A stretch of DNA of 64,000 nucleotides from an uncultured Candidatus Saccharimonadales bacterium (GTDB lineage Bacteria > Patescibacteriota > Saccharimonadia > UBA4664). The stretch is from assembly GCA_964609585.1 (NCBI GenBank), contig CAZSRA010000003.1, positions 35,405-99,404 of the forward strand, read 5' to 3'. The stretch's first letter is position 1. Each line of letters opens with the position of its first letter. Below, piece by piece: positions 36,685 to 46,754 of this stretch. The position numbers and the translations under genes are program-made. The notes below the pieces were generated by a model. That model was given only the letters and a program-made list of their open reading frames with translations. It did no database searches and was not told the DNA's origin.

Positions 36685-37488
36685 TTAATACCTCGACTTC
36701 GGAATACCGCTGACCGTAAATTTCTTGATATCGGGTTCTTTCCGCACTGAATTCATTAGCCCCCAGTAGCAAGAGATGGCCAGATCCGAAGTAATTTCCT
36801 GCGGCACATTATATTCGTAGAGCATTGGGCCCTTCTTGCGATATGCGCGGTCAAACTCGGGTAGCAAATAAGAGTGGATCCCCCATCGAATGTTGTTCAT
36901 CATTTCCGCAACTGTACTGCCATGATAATTTAAGATGTTGTCGTTGAGATTGCCATAAATATCTTCAAGTGCTGCAACTAAGTCGTGGCGAGGCACACGA
37001 CTTTCATCTAATGCTGCGTTTATCTTTGATATAACAGAGGTAAGATGTCCAAAGTGGTGCTTGGCCATGTTCCCCGAGATATTGATGATCTCATGTCTCG
37101 TAAGATTAATAGGCAATTCAACATTAAGATTTGGGGCCCATAATTTTATCGCTACTGTCTGCTGCAGCCAGGCTTGGAATAACATAACCGCTTCCCTTAA
37201 TTGGCTATCAGAACCACCAGCGGCCAAAAGTGGTTGCTTGAGGACTTTGTCCAGTAAGCCCATGCACGAAACGCGGTCTTGTGTAAGCGACACATCTGAA
37301 TTGGGTGAAAGAAAATCCACAAGAATAATATAGAAGAACTTTTGATGCGTAGAAGTAAGAAATCGAGTCTCCGTACGCTCGCCAGAGCCAATAAGCTCAA
37401 TCACCTCTCTATTCACCATTGAATCAATGGAGCCCAGGACGATGCTTAGCCAAATGACCTCAAATTCAAGATCTGTGTAGTGCGTCAT
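36685..37488 (-). CDS. Hypothetical protein (possible HEPN-like)
   Basis: 267-aa helical ORF; GNMAKHH loosely resembles a HEPN RxxxxH site. Confidence 0.65.
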   Translation of the reverse strand: MTHYTDLEFEVIWLSIVLGSIDSMVNREVIELIGSGERTETRFLTSTHQKFFYIILVDFLSPNSDVSLTQDRVSCMGLLDKVLKQPLLAAGGSDSQLREAVMLFQAWLQQTVAIKLWAPNLNVELPINLTRHEIINISGNMAKHHFGHLTSVISKINAALDESRVPRHDLVAALEDIYGNLNDNILNYHGSTVAEMMNNIRWGIHSYLLPEFDRAYRKKGPMLYEYNVPQEITSDLAISCYWGLMNSVRKEPDIKKFTVSGIPKSRY

Positions 37489-37532
37489 AAGCTCCCAGTG
37501 ATTATCTATCTGTCTCCAGCACCGAATGACCC

Positions 37533-38156
37533 TTAGTCTGTTACCTTTTTGCGCTTGCTATATATGGCTGCAGCGATGTAGAGCGGCCCGCAAAAGGCAT
37601 CCGCAAGATCCAGCACGTCTATCGCATCTTGTTGAGTGACGGGGTGGATGTCCTCGGCCTCTCCAGGATGAGCGCCTTCATTTCCAACTGTCCTAATCTC
37701 ATGAGCCCAACCTTTTAGATCTTTAGTTATAATTCGTTGGTCGTATAGCCAGTCGATTTGGTTTACCAAGGAATTATTGACGGTCGTTTGATCCCCTTCT
37801 TTGGTAGTAATTTCCCTTGTCCTTGGAGCGCCTTTCTCGAGGCATATATTCTGAATAGCTCTTCTGGCCATTACGACAGTTGCACGCCAAGCTCCGGCAG
37901 CCAGACATTTTGAAGCTTCCTCCATGTCCTCTTTTATGGGGCTAGGGATAGAGTCGTCAATTGGTCTCGGAAGGGCGTTCGGGTGAATTTCGACTATCGC
38001 TCGGGTTCCATTGCGTTTAACTAGGAAGCGCTGCTGGCAACTGTTGCATTCACCTATCTCATAATGAAAACCATCAGGGCCGGCCCATTGAGCTCGTCGC
38101 TCTACGGAGGTTCGTTGACGACAGGCTGGGCAGTAAATTGAATCTAAGTTGGCCAT
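37533..38156 (-). CDS. DUF4145 (HEPN-like) protein with N-terminal zinc ribbon
   Basis: CPAC...CNSC; EEASKCL...ATVVMARRAIQ; IRTVGNEGAH. Confidence 0.85.
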   Translation of the reverse strand: MANLDSIYCPACRQRTSVERRAQWAGPDGFHYEIGECNSCQQRFLVKRNGTRAIVEIHPNALPRPIDDSIPSPIKEDMEEASKCLAAGAWRATVVMARRAIQNICLEKGAPRTREITTKEGDQTTVNNSLVNQIDWLYDQRIITKDLKGWAHEIRTVGNEGAHPGEAEDIHPVTQQDAIDVLDLADAFCGPLYIAAAIYSKRKKVTD

Positions 38157-38617
38157 GACTCGTTCTTCTTACCTTGAATTACAGGATTATTATCACAATA
38201 ACCTTATTTCTCGTCCAAGACTATCTTTCGTCACTTTCGGTACTCATCTCCTGGCCCCATCTTGAAGTCATAAGTCGTGACAAATTTAGGCACCGAGTCG
38301 TTAGTATCTCGAAAGGGAATGAAGACGCGAAGGAGTGGATTCAAGTCGGCGCTTAATACGGCATCATCACATCGGATCACTTATTGAATGGGCATCCTTT
38401 GAACTAGCTCTCAATATACCTGGGTGCTAGTCTTGATAATTCTTGCGTTTATGCTAAGTATTTTATAAAATGGTTGCGCTTATTCTTGCTTCGATTAGCT
38501 ACTTTATGGGCTTGCGATGCACTAATGGAACTTTGGAGGAGTGGTCTAAGAAACCTGACGTGGAGTTCGTCGCGATTAGGATGAGATTCGGGAAATACGC
38601 TTGCTTCATACTAATGA

Positions 38618-39553
38618 TTAATTTGTTCCATGATTCTCAACGGCTCTCTCCAAAGATTTACTGACCTTATCGCTACTGATAATCTCAGACAATTTCCATG
38701 CAGGAACGACACACATCATACCCGAGGGTACTTTAAAGGAATCGGTACTTGCGTCAGAGCTAATTACTTGGCCATCAAAATCAAAATGACCAGCATCTAC
38801 TCCCAATAAAAACACTCTTTCTTTATATGTCGTACCGTTGCTAGTTCTATCGTGCGCTTTCTGCCTAGAATTTACGGATGTTTGGATAAAAACGGGTGAT
38901 CCACTGAAGCCACCAATTGAGTAGGTCTCTACAAGGAAGGCATCATGAGCGCCGTCTCGACCCGCTTGTGTGATGGGTTCAAGGGGTAGCATAGCAATAT
39001 GCCCCCGCCTAACAACGGGATAGTTCATCTTGACACCACCATGTTTAATAAAGCGCCCTACCATTACTGTCTCCGTACCTATTCCCACCTTGTGTACTTC
39101 GTTCCACTTGCGCGTGGCGCCATCGTCTTCAACGTCAACTTCGGTTACTGGGGCACCTTCCGTTTCGCCGAATATATCCTTATGAACGTAGTCTTCGCGC
39201 AGTAACATATCCTCTGTGATAGAGCTATACCGCCAGTCTGTTTCGGGTGCGATTGAGCAAATCGCTATATCATCTCCATCTGAGTGTTTGCCCCAATTGC
39301 TGAGTTTAACGGAGATATTCTTGGTTTTGCCGTCTGTGGTATTGACCCTTATTACGCATTTGTCCGCTCCCATTTTTTCTAAATACTCCAAAACGTGTAC
39401 ATTGGTGACGACAAATAGAAAGTCCTTGCCTCCACGTGACACAGTAAGCAAAAAGCCAGTGGCCCCGCCGTTTGAGCCATTGCCGGCTTCTGCATCGGCC
39501 TCGTTCGGAAATATGTATACGACGATGTGAAGAAATGTGTTTGGAATTAGCAT
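38618..39553 (-). CDS. Trypsin-like serine protease, no signal peptide
   Basis: ATGFL, VTNVHV (His), DDIAI (Asp), GGFSGSPVF (Ser). Confidence 0.82.
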   Translation of the reverse strand: MLIPNTFLHIVVYIFPNEADAEAGNGSNGGATGFLLTVSRGGKDFLFVVTNVHVLEYLEKMGADKCVIRVNTTDGKTKNISVKLSNWGKHSDGDDIAICSIAPETDWRYSSITEDMLLREDYVHKDIFGETEGAPVTEVDVEDDGATRKWNEVHKVGIGTETVMVGRFIKHGGVKMNYPVVRRGHIAMLPLEPITQAGRDGAHDAFLVETYSIGGFSGSPVFIQTSVNSRQKAHDRTSNGTTYKERVFLLGVDAGHFDFDGQVISSDASTDSFKVPSGMMCVVPAWKLSEIISSDKVSKSLERAVENHGTN

Positions 39554-39793
39554 ATGTCAGATGATTCTCTAGCCAATCATAGCAAAGAGAGACCAAAAAT
39601 CCCGCTAGCTTTTTACATTGCTTGCGGGATAGTGGTGTTTTGTCTTTCTTGACCTTAAAGCATCAAGGTCTATCGAGAAAAATAATACCTGGCTGGGGAG
39701 ATGGTTCCTGGTCCAAACATTTTCTGACATCGATGAAGCGCAATTGCAACTTATCAGGCAGCTTTTTGATGAAAGTGATGATGAGGTCACGTC

Positions 39794-40270
39794 ATGCTAA
39801 AGTTGTTTCGGAAATCAAATGACGAAGGATTATGTTCTTCTACTTTACTCGATAACCGCACGTTTTATCCTGCATTTCTCAAAGATGTTGAGCGATGTAA
39901 ACATGAGCTGATTATTGAGTCCCCTTTTATTACCGATAAGCGCATGAATGCGCTTTACCCCTCATTTCGTAGGCTTACGAAAAGAGGGGTTCGTATTGTT
40001 ATTAATACGAGAGACCCACGCGAGCATGAGACGCAAATGGCCTATGAGGCGCAAATTGCAATTACTGAAATGCAGAGGCTTGGGGGGTTCGTTTTGTTCA
40101 CTGACAGGCATCATCGAAAATTAGCGATTGTGGATCGAGAAATAATTTATGAGGGAAGCCTGAATATACTTTCTCAGAGTGCGAGTTGCGAGATCATGAG
40201 ACGAATCGTTTCAAAGAACCTGGCGTGTAGTCTTTTTGCTTTCGTAAAACAGCCTGGAGAATTAATCTAG
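39794..40270 (+). CDS. Single-domain phospholipase D-like (HKD) nuclease
   Basis: IESPFIT, HHRKLAIVD...YEGSLNILS. Confidence 0.85.
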   Translation: MLKLFRKSNDEGLCSSTLLDNRTFYPAFLKDVERCKHELIIESPFITDKRMNALYPSFRRLTKRGVRIVINTRDPREHETQMAYEAQIAITEMQRLGGFVLFTDRHHRKLAIVDREIIYEGSLNILSQSASCEIMRRIVSKNLACSLFAFVKQPGELI

Positions 40271-40272
40271 TT

Positions 40273-40815
40273 TCACTTCGCATCACCCGCCCATGAGTCA
40301 TAAACAATCGTAGCTAAAATCATTGCGTTTTGAAGTTCCAATGTAAAGTAATGAAGCCGAGGGTTTCTTACTTCTATTTCGGGCATTTTTGATATTGGGA
40401 GAATAAAAAATTTAAAACGCAGATTCTGAAAACTGTTGGTCTCGATTACGATACCGGCTTTTATCTCATTCGCTTTCGTTGCCCGATCGAGTACGACCTG
40501 TCTAGAATTAATGTCATTTATATTTTGAAAGTTTAAGTCGAAGGGGAGTTCGGTGATCTCTGAAATACTGTCTACTGTTGGCAGAGTTTCGATTGGGGTA
40601 TGAGTATAAATTCTTGAGTTATCTATTCGAAGTTGATAAGTTAGCCAATTTTTACCTGATGCATGATAAGTAAACTTTACACTATGAATCGACTCACTTT
40701 GTAAAAAGCTGGTTGCCGCCGCTGCAATATATAGACTACCATCACGTTGTTCAATGAGGTTGAACAACTTAAAAGTTTCACCTCTTATTGAAATATATAC
40801 CCGTTTTAAGTTCAT
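40273..40815 (-). CDS. Hypothetical protein
   Basis: 180-aa AT-rich ORF; DGSLYI and KFTYHASG. Confidence 0.6.
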   Translation of the reverse strand: MNLKRVYISIRGETFKLFNLIEQRDGSLYIAAAATSFLQSESIHSVKFTYHASGKNWLTYQLRIDNSRIYTHTPIETLPTVDSISEITELPFDLNFQNINDINSRQVVLDRATKANEIKAGIVIETNSFQNLRFKFFILPISKMPEIEVRNPRLHYFTLELQNAMILATIVYDSWAGDAK

Positions 40816-40839
40816 CCGAGGTGACCTCGCGCGATAAAG

Positions 40840-41046
40840 TTAAAGGAGAAGATCGACTTCCTCTGGACTCAGTTGGAGCGCGCTCTTGAGCCCCTTTATT
40901 GATTCGCGAGCTGGCTTGCCCTCCCCTCGCTCTAACTTTGCGTAAGAGTTCGCATTTAGACCCGCTCTTGTTGCAACCTCAGCCTGAGTCAAACCCAACT
41001 TTTTTCTGGCATTTAAGAGTAATCGTGCTGAAGTTAATTCGCTCAT
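40840..41046 (-). CDS. XRE family HTH regulator
   Basis: ARKKLGLTQAEVA...YAKLERGEGKP. Confidence 0.88.
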   Translation of the reverse strand: MSELTSARLLLNARKKLGLTQAEVATRAGLNANSYAKLERGEGKPARESIKGLKSALQLSPEEVDLLL

Positions 41047-41078
41047 ATTGTCGTTATTATAACAAACTCATTACTTGG

Positions 41079-41495
41079 CTACTTCGGACAGTGTTTTGAA
41101 CTCCAACTCGCTACATTTGATTCTGCTGCGAGGCCGCCAATGCTCGCCTTTAGTTCGCTCGTCGGATCGGACTTAATTGATTGATACGTTTTCTTCAATA
41201 TCGCTATGTCGGGCTCAATTTCGAAGGGAGCAACTGCATCCAACTTTGTGAATGCGGCTACAAAGTCATTGGGGTCACTACTGCCGTGCGCAAATACTTT
41301 TGATTGGTACGTCGACCCTGGAAGCTTATCTAATCGGGCGTTCTCGGTTTCATACTCTTTACAATAACTAGGGATACTTCGAGACGGTCTTTGAATAAGA
41401 ACGATTATTAAAATCACGGCAGCTACTGTTACCAAGAGGAATGACGACATTTTCGGCCGCGGCAAAGAGATTTTTGTGTTTTTGGCCTGCTGCAT
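41079..41495 (-). CDS. Hypothetical membrane-anchored protein
   Basis: N-terminal TM, two Cys bracketing a helical domain. Confidence 0.7.
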   Translation of the reverse strand: MQQAKNTKISLPRPKMSSFLLVTVAAVILIIVLIQRPSRSIPSYCKEYETENARLDKLPGSTYQSKVFAHGSSDPNDFVAAFTKLDAVAPFEIEPDIAILKKTYQSIKSDPTSELKASIGGLAAESNVASWSSKHCPK

Positions 41496-41592
41496 AGTTG
41501 CGATTATATCATCTAGCTCGATAGTGCTTATGTTAAGACATTTTATTTACAGTAATGCAAGAAGTGTGGTATATCTGGGTTAATTCTCGGCA

Positions 41593-41961
41593 ATGAGATG
41601 TAACAAGGAGAACGAGGCTTTGCGGAAACCAAAACCGGTTGTATTTATCCCTATAGCTATAATCGGTGTTGCGATTTTGCTCACCGCCCATCCTGCCCTT
41701 GCATCCGATGCGAATGTCACCCAAATTCAAAACTTTATTCGAAGCATTATTAAGGTAATCGCCGGTTTAGCTGGGCTTGTAGCAACAGGGTTCTTCGTAG
41801 TTGGTGGGTTTGGATACATTACGAGTTCTGGAAATCCCGAACATCTCCAGCGCTCAAAGAGTACGCTCATCTGGTCGGCCACTGGGCTGGCAGTCACGAT
41901 CGGCGCTTTCATTTTAAGTAATATTGTGACCGACTTAGCTACAAGCGCTTTCGGAAGCTAG
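41593..41961 (+). CDS. T4SS pilin (VirB2/TrbC-like)
   Basis: Signal peptide ending ALA, two TMs joined by GGFGYITSSGNPEHLQRSK. Confidence 0.8.
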   Translation: MRCNKENEALRKPKPVVFIPIAIIGVAILLTAHPALASDANVTQIQNFIRSIIKVIAGLAGLVATGFFVVGGFGYITSSGNPEHLQRSKSTLIWSATGLAVTIGAFILSNIVTDLATSAFGS

Positions 41962-41965
41962 GAGA

Positions 41966-43414
41966 ATGATAATTTCGGCCGCCCATTACATGATGCTGGC
42001 CGATACTTCTGCGGCCAATGTTGCGATGCGATCGTTTCTCGCACCCGTAATGACAACATTGGTCGCATTGGCATCTTTGGCAGTAGTATTTTTCTTGGTT
42101 ACGGGTGGGCTCGCGTATATATCGAGTTCCGGCAATCCCGAGAAGCTCGATCACGCAAAGCGGATTATTCGAAATGCGCTTATCGGTTTGGTCATGGTGA
42201 TTGGGGCGGGTACACTAGTCGCGATTCTGAGCCATGCCTATACTGGCGCTGGTACTTCTTTAGGGGAGAGGCTACCTGCTCTCACGACGATTAAGCCGCA
42301 ACAGACTAACAATGGTCTTGTCTCTTCAATCATCAACATGATCATCGGTTTGCTAACATCATTGGTTCAATCAATTTCCGAGCCCTTCCTGGACGCTCTC
42401 AAGTTCTTCACAACTTCCACTCCGCTCATGGCCGATAACTCCAGCGTCTTCAACCTATGGCTCGCGATAGTTGGAATAGCTGATGCCCTCTTCGTTTTGG
42501 TCGTTGCGTTGCTCGGATTTCATGTTATGAGCTTCGCAACATTTGGTCTCGAAGAGATTGAGATAAAGCATCTACTACCGAGGATCGGCCTGGCATTCCT
42601 GCTCGTAAACTCTTCCATTTTTATCATTGATGCCGTGGTGAGCCTGTCTAACGGCATGATTGGGGCATTGAACGCAGCGTTCCCGGCTCAAACGGTGTGG
42701 TCATCTCTCAAGTCTATTGCCAGCCAACCCGAAACTTTGGGATTGGCCGGCCTCATGATCATGGTGGCTTTCCTAATTCTCACGGTCATGCTCATGATCT
42801 ACTACGTGTTGAGACTTGTGACACTCTATATCGGTGCGGTCCTCTCACCTATTGTTTTGTTGGTTTGGTTGCTTCCCGACTTTAAACATTTCGCCGAAGC
42901 TGCAGCGCGGGCGTATGTTGCCGTGATTTTTGTGCTGTTTATCCATGTTGTCATTCTTGAGCTAGCCGCCTCGATATTTGGGGGAATGGTACTAGCGACA
43001 CCGGATCATGCGCTGAATCCGTTGATGTCCCTGGTGGTTGGTATTGCGACGGTGTTGGCGCTACTCAAAACTCAAAATGTTCTGACTCAACTTACTATGG
43101 CGAGCCTCGGCCCGAAAACGGCCACCCAACTTGGCGGATTAGTTTCTAACCTTGCCGGTCACTACATGAATAAGGCCGGTCGTAGAGGAGTGTCTTCGGC
43201 AGACAGAAGCACTAAACCCGATGATTATGTGCCACCTAGGCCAGATTCAAATACGGGTGAGCCGAAAGACTATTCGAAGACTACTCGACCGGCACCACAA
43301 GGTTTCGCCACACAGTCTCAATATCGACAGCCAGAAGTAGGCCAACTGCCTCCTCCAGTTGAAGACGAGCAGTCTGTCAATCGTAAACGTGAAGTAAAAG
43401 GAGCGACCGCATGA
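41966..43414 (+). CDS. VirB6/TrbL-like membrane protein with N-terminal pilin-like module
   Basis: Polytopic; YYVLRLVTLYIGAVLSPI; N-terminal GGLAYISSSGNPEKLDHAK. Confidence 0.75.
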   Translation: MIISAAHYMMLADTSAANVAMRSFLAPVMTTLVALASLAVVFFLVTGGLAYISSSGNPEKLDHAKRIIRNALIGLVMVIGAGTLVAILSHAYTGAGTSLGERLPALTTIKPQQTNNGLVSSIINMIIGLLTSLVQSISEPFLDALKFFTTSTPLMADNSSVFNLWLAIVGIADALFVLVVALLGFHVMSFATFGLEEIEIKHLLPRIGLAFLLVNSSIFIIDAVVSLSNGMIGALNAAFPAQTVWSSLKSIASQPETLGLAGLMIMVAFLILTVMLMIYYVLRLVTLYIGAVLSPIVLLVWLLPDFKHFAEAAARAYVAVIFVLFIHVVILELAASIFGGMVLATPDHALNPLMSLVVGIATVLALLKTQNVLTQLTMASLGPKTATQLGGLVSNLAGHYMNKAGRRGVSSADRSTKPDDYVPPRPDSNTGEPKDYSKTTRPAPQGFATQSQYRQPEVGQLPPPVEDEQSVNRKREVKGATA

Positions 43415-43917
43415 GAACCGCAATTGTTCCGGCTCAAATCACAACCGTCGAAGACAAGGTTGCAGGAAATCTAAGTCTGGCGCAACTTTTACTGCTATGC
43501 ACCCCGATTTTCGTTGTGGGCGCTATCTATGCGGCTCTACCACCGTTTTTCGGCGGTGCGGATTATAAGACGATCTTTGTCGTTCTGAGCACGGTTGCTC
43601 TTTGGATACTTGCCGTCAGATTCAAGGGTCGGATTTTGCTGGAATGGGCAATTACGGTTAGCCGGTACAACCTTAGGCCGAGACACTACGTTTTCGACAA
43701 GAATGATGATTTTCTGCGACCCCAGGTTTCTACCGACATTGAAGAATATACGGAAGAGCTGCTCCCTGAAACCGACCAGTCTCGGATCGTCTTACCTGTA
43801 TTATCGACTCACGAAACTGTCTTGCTCGAAGGTATCATGGCGAATCCTGAAGCCAATTTTCGTTTTACCCAAAATAGAAAGGGGGCTCTCGATGTCCGTA
43901 TTAACGAAGTCGGATAA
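43411..43917 (+). CDS. prgI: PrgI family protein (VirB3-like)
   Basis: VPAQITTVEDKVAGNLSLAQL, two TMs, GRILLEW. Confidence 0.78.
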   Translation: MRTAIVPAQITTVEDKVAGNLSLAQLLLLCTPIFVVGAIYAALPPFFGGADYKTIFVVLSTVALWILAVRFKGRILLEWAITVSRYNLRPRHYVFDKNDDFLRPQVSTDIEEYTEELLPETDQSRIVLPVLSTHETVLLEGIMANPEANFRFTQNRKGALDVRINEVG

Positions 43918-44506
43918 GAAACGGTCTTCCAGGCGACAGATTAATATCCAGGGTGTTCAAGATGGAATCCTGATATTACCCGGAAACCAATACCGGGTTG
44001 TCCTCGAATCATCGTCGATTAACTTTGAGTTAAAGAGCAGCGATGAACAAGATGTGCTTATCGACACCTACCGAAGCTTTTTGAATTCCCTGCCTTGTGC
44101 GGTGCAAATTGTTGCTCGAATCCGGGAAATGGACATGGCGAAATACCTGGACGGTTTTCGCGAGGCATCAGCGGCTGAAGAAGATCCGATTTATCGAGAG
44201 CAAATCGCCAGTTATGCGGAATTTGTTCAGGGTCTCATTACGACGAACAAGATTTTGTCCCGCCGTTTTTATGTGGTCATCGCGTTTCATGACTTAGACA
44301 AATCAGGCTTTGAGGCGGCGCAGGAGCAACTGACTATTAATGCCGATATTGTCGGGAAAGGTTTGAGCCGACTAGGCGTACATACCCGCAAGCTTGGGAG
44401 TCTTGAAGTGCTTGATCTGTTTTATAGCTTCTATAACCCCGAGCTCGCCAAGCGCCAGCCCATCACCGCTCATACCCTACAACTACTTAAAGAGTCTTAT
44501 CTCTAG
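43892..44506 (+). CDS. T4SS accessory protein (TraC/VirB4 N-terminal-like)
   Basis: SSINFELKSSDEQD...YRSFLNSL; likely start ATG 43892. Confidence 0.72.
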   Translation: MSVLTKSDKKRSSRRQINIQGVQDGILILPGNQYRVVLESSSINFELKSSDEQDVLIDTYRSFLNSLPCAVQIVARIREMDMAKYLDGFREASAAEEDPIYREQIASYAEFVQGLITTNKILSRRFYVVIAFHDLDKSGFEAAQEQLTINADIVGKGLSRLGVHTRKLGSLEVLDLFYSFYNPELAKRQPITAHTLQLLKESYL

Positions 44507-44514
44507 GAGCCGCG

Positions 44515-46251
44515 ATGATACAGCCAATTGAACAACTCGTGAATTGGAAGAAGCGCCGTGACGAGCGCCCAAAGGAAATCGCTTTAAGTTTCGGTGAGCA
44601 AGATCCGATGGATATTATTTCATATGCCGGTATGGAAGAGCAGGCTGACTATTTGAACGTCGATGGTCAATTTATGAGGACGATGTATATTTCTGGCTAT
44701 CCCTTCGTGGCGTCTTCTGGCTGGCTCAATAGCTTGGTTAACTTTAATCACAACGCTGATATTTCGTATCATATGACGGCCGTAAATGCAGCGCAGGCAT
44801 TACCAAAGCTGTACCGAAAGATCACAGAGTTGGAATCTTCACGACGAGCAAAGATCAAAGCTGGGAAGATCGTCGGGACAGAACTAACCGACCCACTTGA
44901 GTCGGCCAAAGAACTTCACGCCCGGATTTCAAGAGGGCAGGAAAAGCTCTTTCAGGTATCAATTTATGTGGCACTGACTGCGCCTACCCTTTTTGAACTC
45001 GATAAGGTAACAAAACTTCTTGAAACTGAATTATCATCACGCTTGTTCTATACCAAGGTGGCCAGGTTCCAACAGACCGAAGGGCTGCAATCGGTACTGC
45101 CGCGTGGCGAGAACCAACTCGACCAAAAGCGTAACTTGGACTCGTCGTCGGCCGCACTCACCTTCCCACTTATTTCAAGTGAACTTGTGCAGGAGTCGGG
45201 TATCCTGTACGGGGTCAATAAATCGAATAACTCTCTCGTGATTCTCGACCGCTTCAGCCTCAACAACGCCAACAGCATCGTGTTTGCTCAGTCTGGAAGT
45301 GGTAAGAGCTATGCAACGAAGGTAGAGATTTTGCGCCAACTCATGCAAGGCACAAAGGTGATTGTGATTGATCCAGAGCGGGAATATAAGTTGCTCGCCG
45401 AGTCAGTAAATGGGGCCTATATCAAGCTGTCTACGAAGTCTCACGAAAAGATTAATCCGTTTGATATGGCAACGACCGCCAGGCCGAAAGACGACCTATC
45501 CGAGCATACCCAAGACCTCACCGAAGTCATTTCCCTCATGGCGGAAGGCTTGAACTCAAGTGAAAAAGCGGCGGTTGATAAGGCGATCTTGTCGATTTAC
45601 GCAAAAGCTAAGGATGCTCCCCCGCTCCTCCAAGATTTATATGCGGAGTTGCGCAAGCTTGGATTCTTGATTTTATGTGAGCGGCTTGAGAAATACATCT
45701 CGGGTTCATTGGCTGGAGTATTTAACGAGCAGACAAATATCTCACTCGATAACCGATTGGTTGTATTTGATATCAAGGATATGCCTGAGAGTTTGCGCCA
45801 GGTCATGATGATGATTATTTCAAACTTCGTACAAAATCAGGTTAAAGCAAGACCAGAAAAACGCATGCTCATCATTGATGAAGGCTGGTTACTCCTAGAA
45901 CACGAACAAAGCGCACGGTTCGTGACGGGGCTCGTGCGGCGGGCACGTAAATACTATCTAGGTGTTTCGATCATCTCGCAGCAAGCTAATGACTTCTTGC
46001 GCAATGATTACGGCAGAGCAATTGCATCGCAGAGTAGTCTTCGAATTTTGATGCGCCAAGATACCACTACGATCCGCAACGTCGCCATCGAGTTTAACTT
46101 GAGCGAATGGGAAGAGAGTTTTCTTTTGACCTGCGAACGCGGTGACGCTTTGATTATTGCCGACCAAAACCATGTGGCGGTACGGGTTGTCGCATCTTCG
46201 AAAGAGCACCCGCTCATTACGACTAATCCGGCCGAGCTATATAACCTATGA
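44515..46251 (+). CDS. virB4: VirB4-like T4SS ATPase
   Basis: Walker A AQSGSGKS, IDPEREY, INPFD, IIDEGW, RRARKY. Confidence 0.9.
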   Translation: MIQPIEQLVNWKKRRDERPKEIALSFGEQDPMDIISYAGMEEQADYLNVDGQFMRTMYISGYPFVASSGWLNSLVNFNHNADISYHMTAVNAAQALPKLYRKITELESSRRAKIKAGKIVGTELTDPLESAKELHARISRGQEKLFQVSIYVALTAPTLFELDKVTKLLETELSSRLFYTKVARFQQTEGLQSVLPRGENQLDQKRNLDSSSAALTFPLISSELVQESGILYGVNKSNNSLVILDRFSLNNANSIVFAQSGSGKSYATKVEILRQLMQGTKVIVIDPEREYKLLAESVNGAYIKLSTKSHEKINPFDMATTARPKDDLSEHTQDLTEVISLMAEGLNSSEKAAVDKAILSIYAKAKDAPPLLQDLYAELRKLGFLILCERLEKYISGSLAGVFNEQTNISLDNRLVVFDIKDMPESLRQVMMMIISNFVQNQVKARPEKRMLIIDEGWLLLEHEQSARFVTGLVRRARKYYLGVSIISQQANDFLRNDYGRAIASQSSLRILMRQDTTTIRNVAIEFNLSEWEESFLLTCERGDALIIADQNHVAVRVVASSKEHPLITTNPAELYNL

Positions 46252-46745
46252 ACCCAAGCGTCATAGCTGTGTCGATCTCGTTCAAGAAAGAAATCTGGAC
46301 GGTGTTGGTTACCCTGGCGGTGATTGTTTCACTCCCGGTCGTAGCTTTGGTCGCATCATCTGATTTTAGCGACCAGAAAGCGTCAGCTGTATCTCTCTAC
46401 TCTGGACCTATCTCAGTATCTGACACCTACGACTTTGGCTATTGCACATACTGGGCGGCATTGCGTCGGGAGCAAACAGGGCATCTCATCCCAAACAACT
46501 GGGGTAATGCGAATACATGGGCATATAACGCGAAGATGGCTGGATATAACGTTGGCGGCGTTCCGGCGGCTGGGGCTGTGATGCAGACGACGGCGGGACC
46601 GCTCGGGCATGTGGCATACGTGGAAAGCGTTAATCAAGCAGACGGAAGTTGGACTATTTCTGAGATGAATTTTAAGGGGTGGGACGTTTCAGATACTCGG
46701 ACTTTGTCGGCTGACGACGCGCCCAGTTACAGCTTTATTTACTAA
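46248..46745 (+). CDS. CHAP-domain peptidoglycan hydrolase
   Basis: GYCTYWA, WGNANTW, GHVAYVE, ISEMN. Confidence 0.92.
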   Translation: MNPSVIAVSISFKKEIWTVLVTLAVIVSLPVVALVASSDFSDQKASAVSLYSGPISVSDTYDFGYCTYWAALRREQTGHLIPNNWGNANTWAYNAKMAGYNVGGVPAAGAVMQTTAGPLGHVAYVESVNQADGSWTISEMNFKGWDVSDTRTLSADDAPSYSFIY

Positions 46746-46754
46746 GGATTCAAT

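Noticed and set aside
38174-38664. Short plus-strand ORFs of 60-64 aa
   Set aside because: No RBS, motif or compositional support
43595-43891. ORF-track 5' extension of the T4SS accessory gene
   Set aside because: Overlaps prgI in another frame; ATG 43892 with an upstream purine-rich site is more plausible
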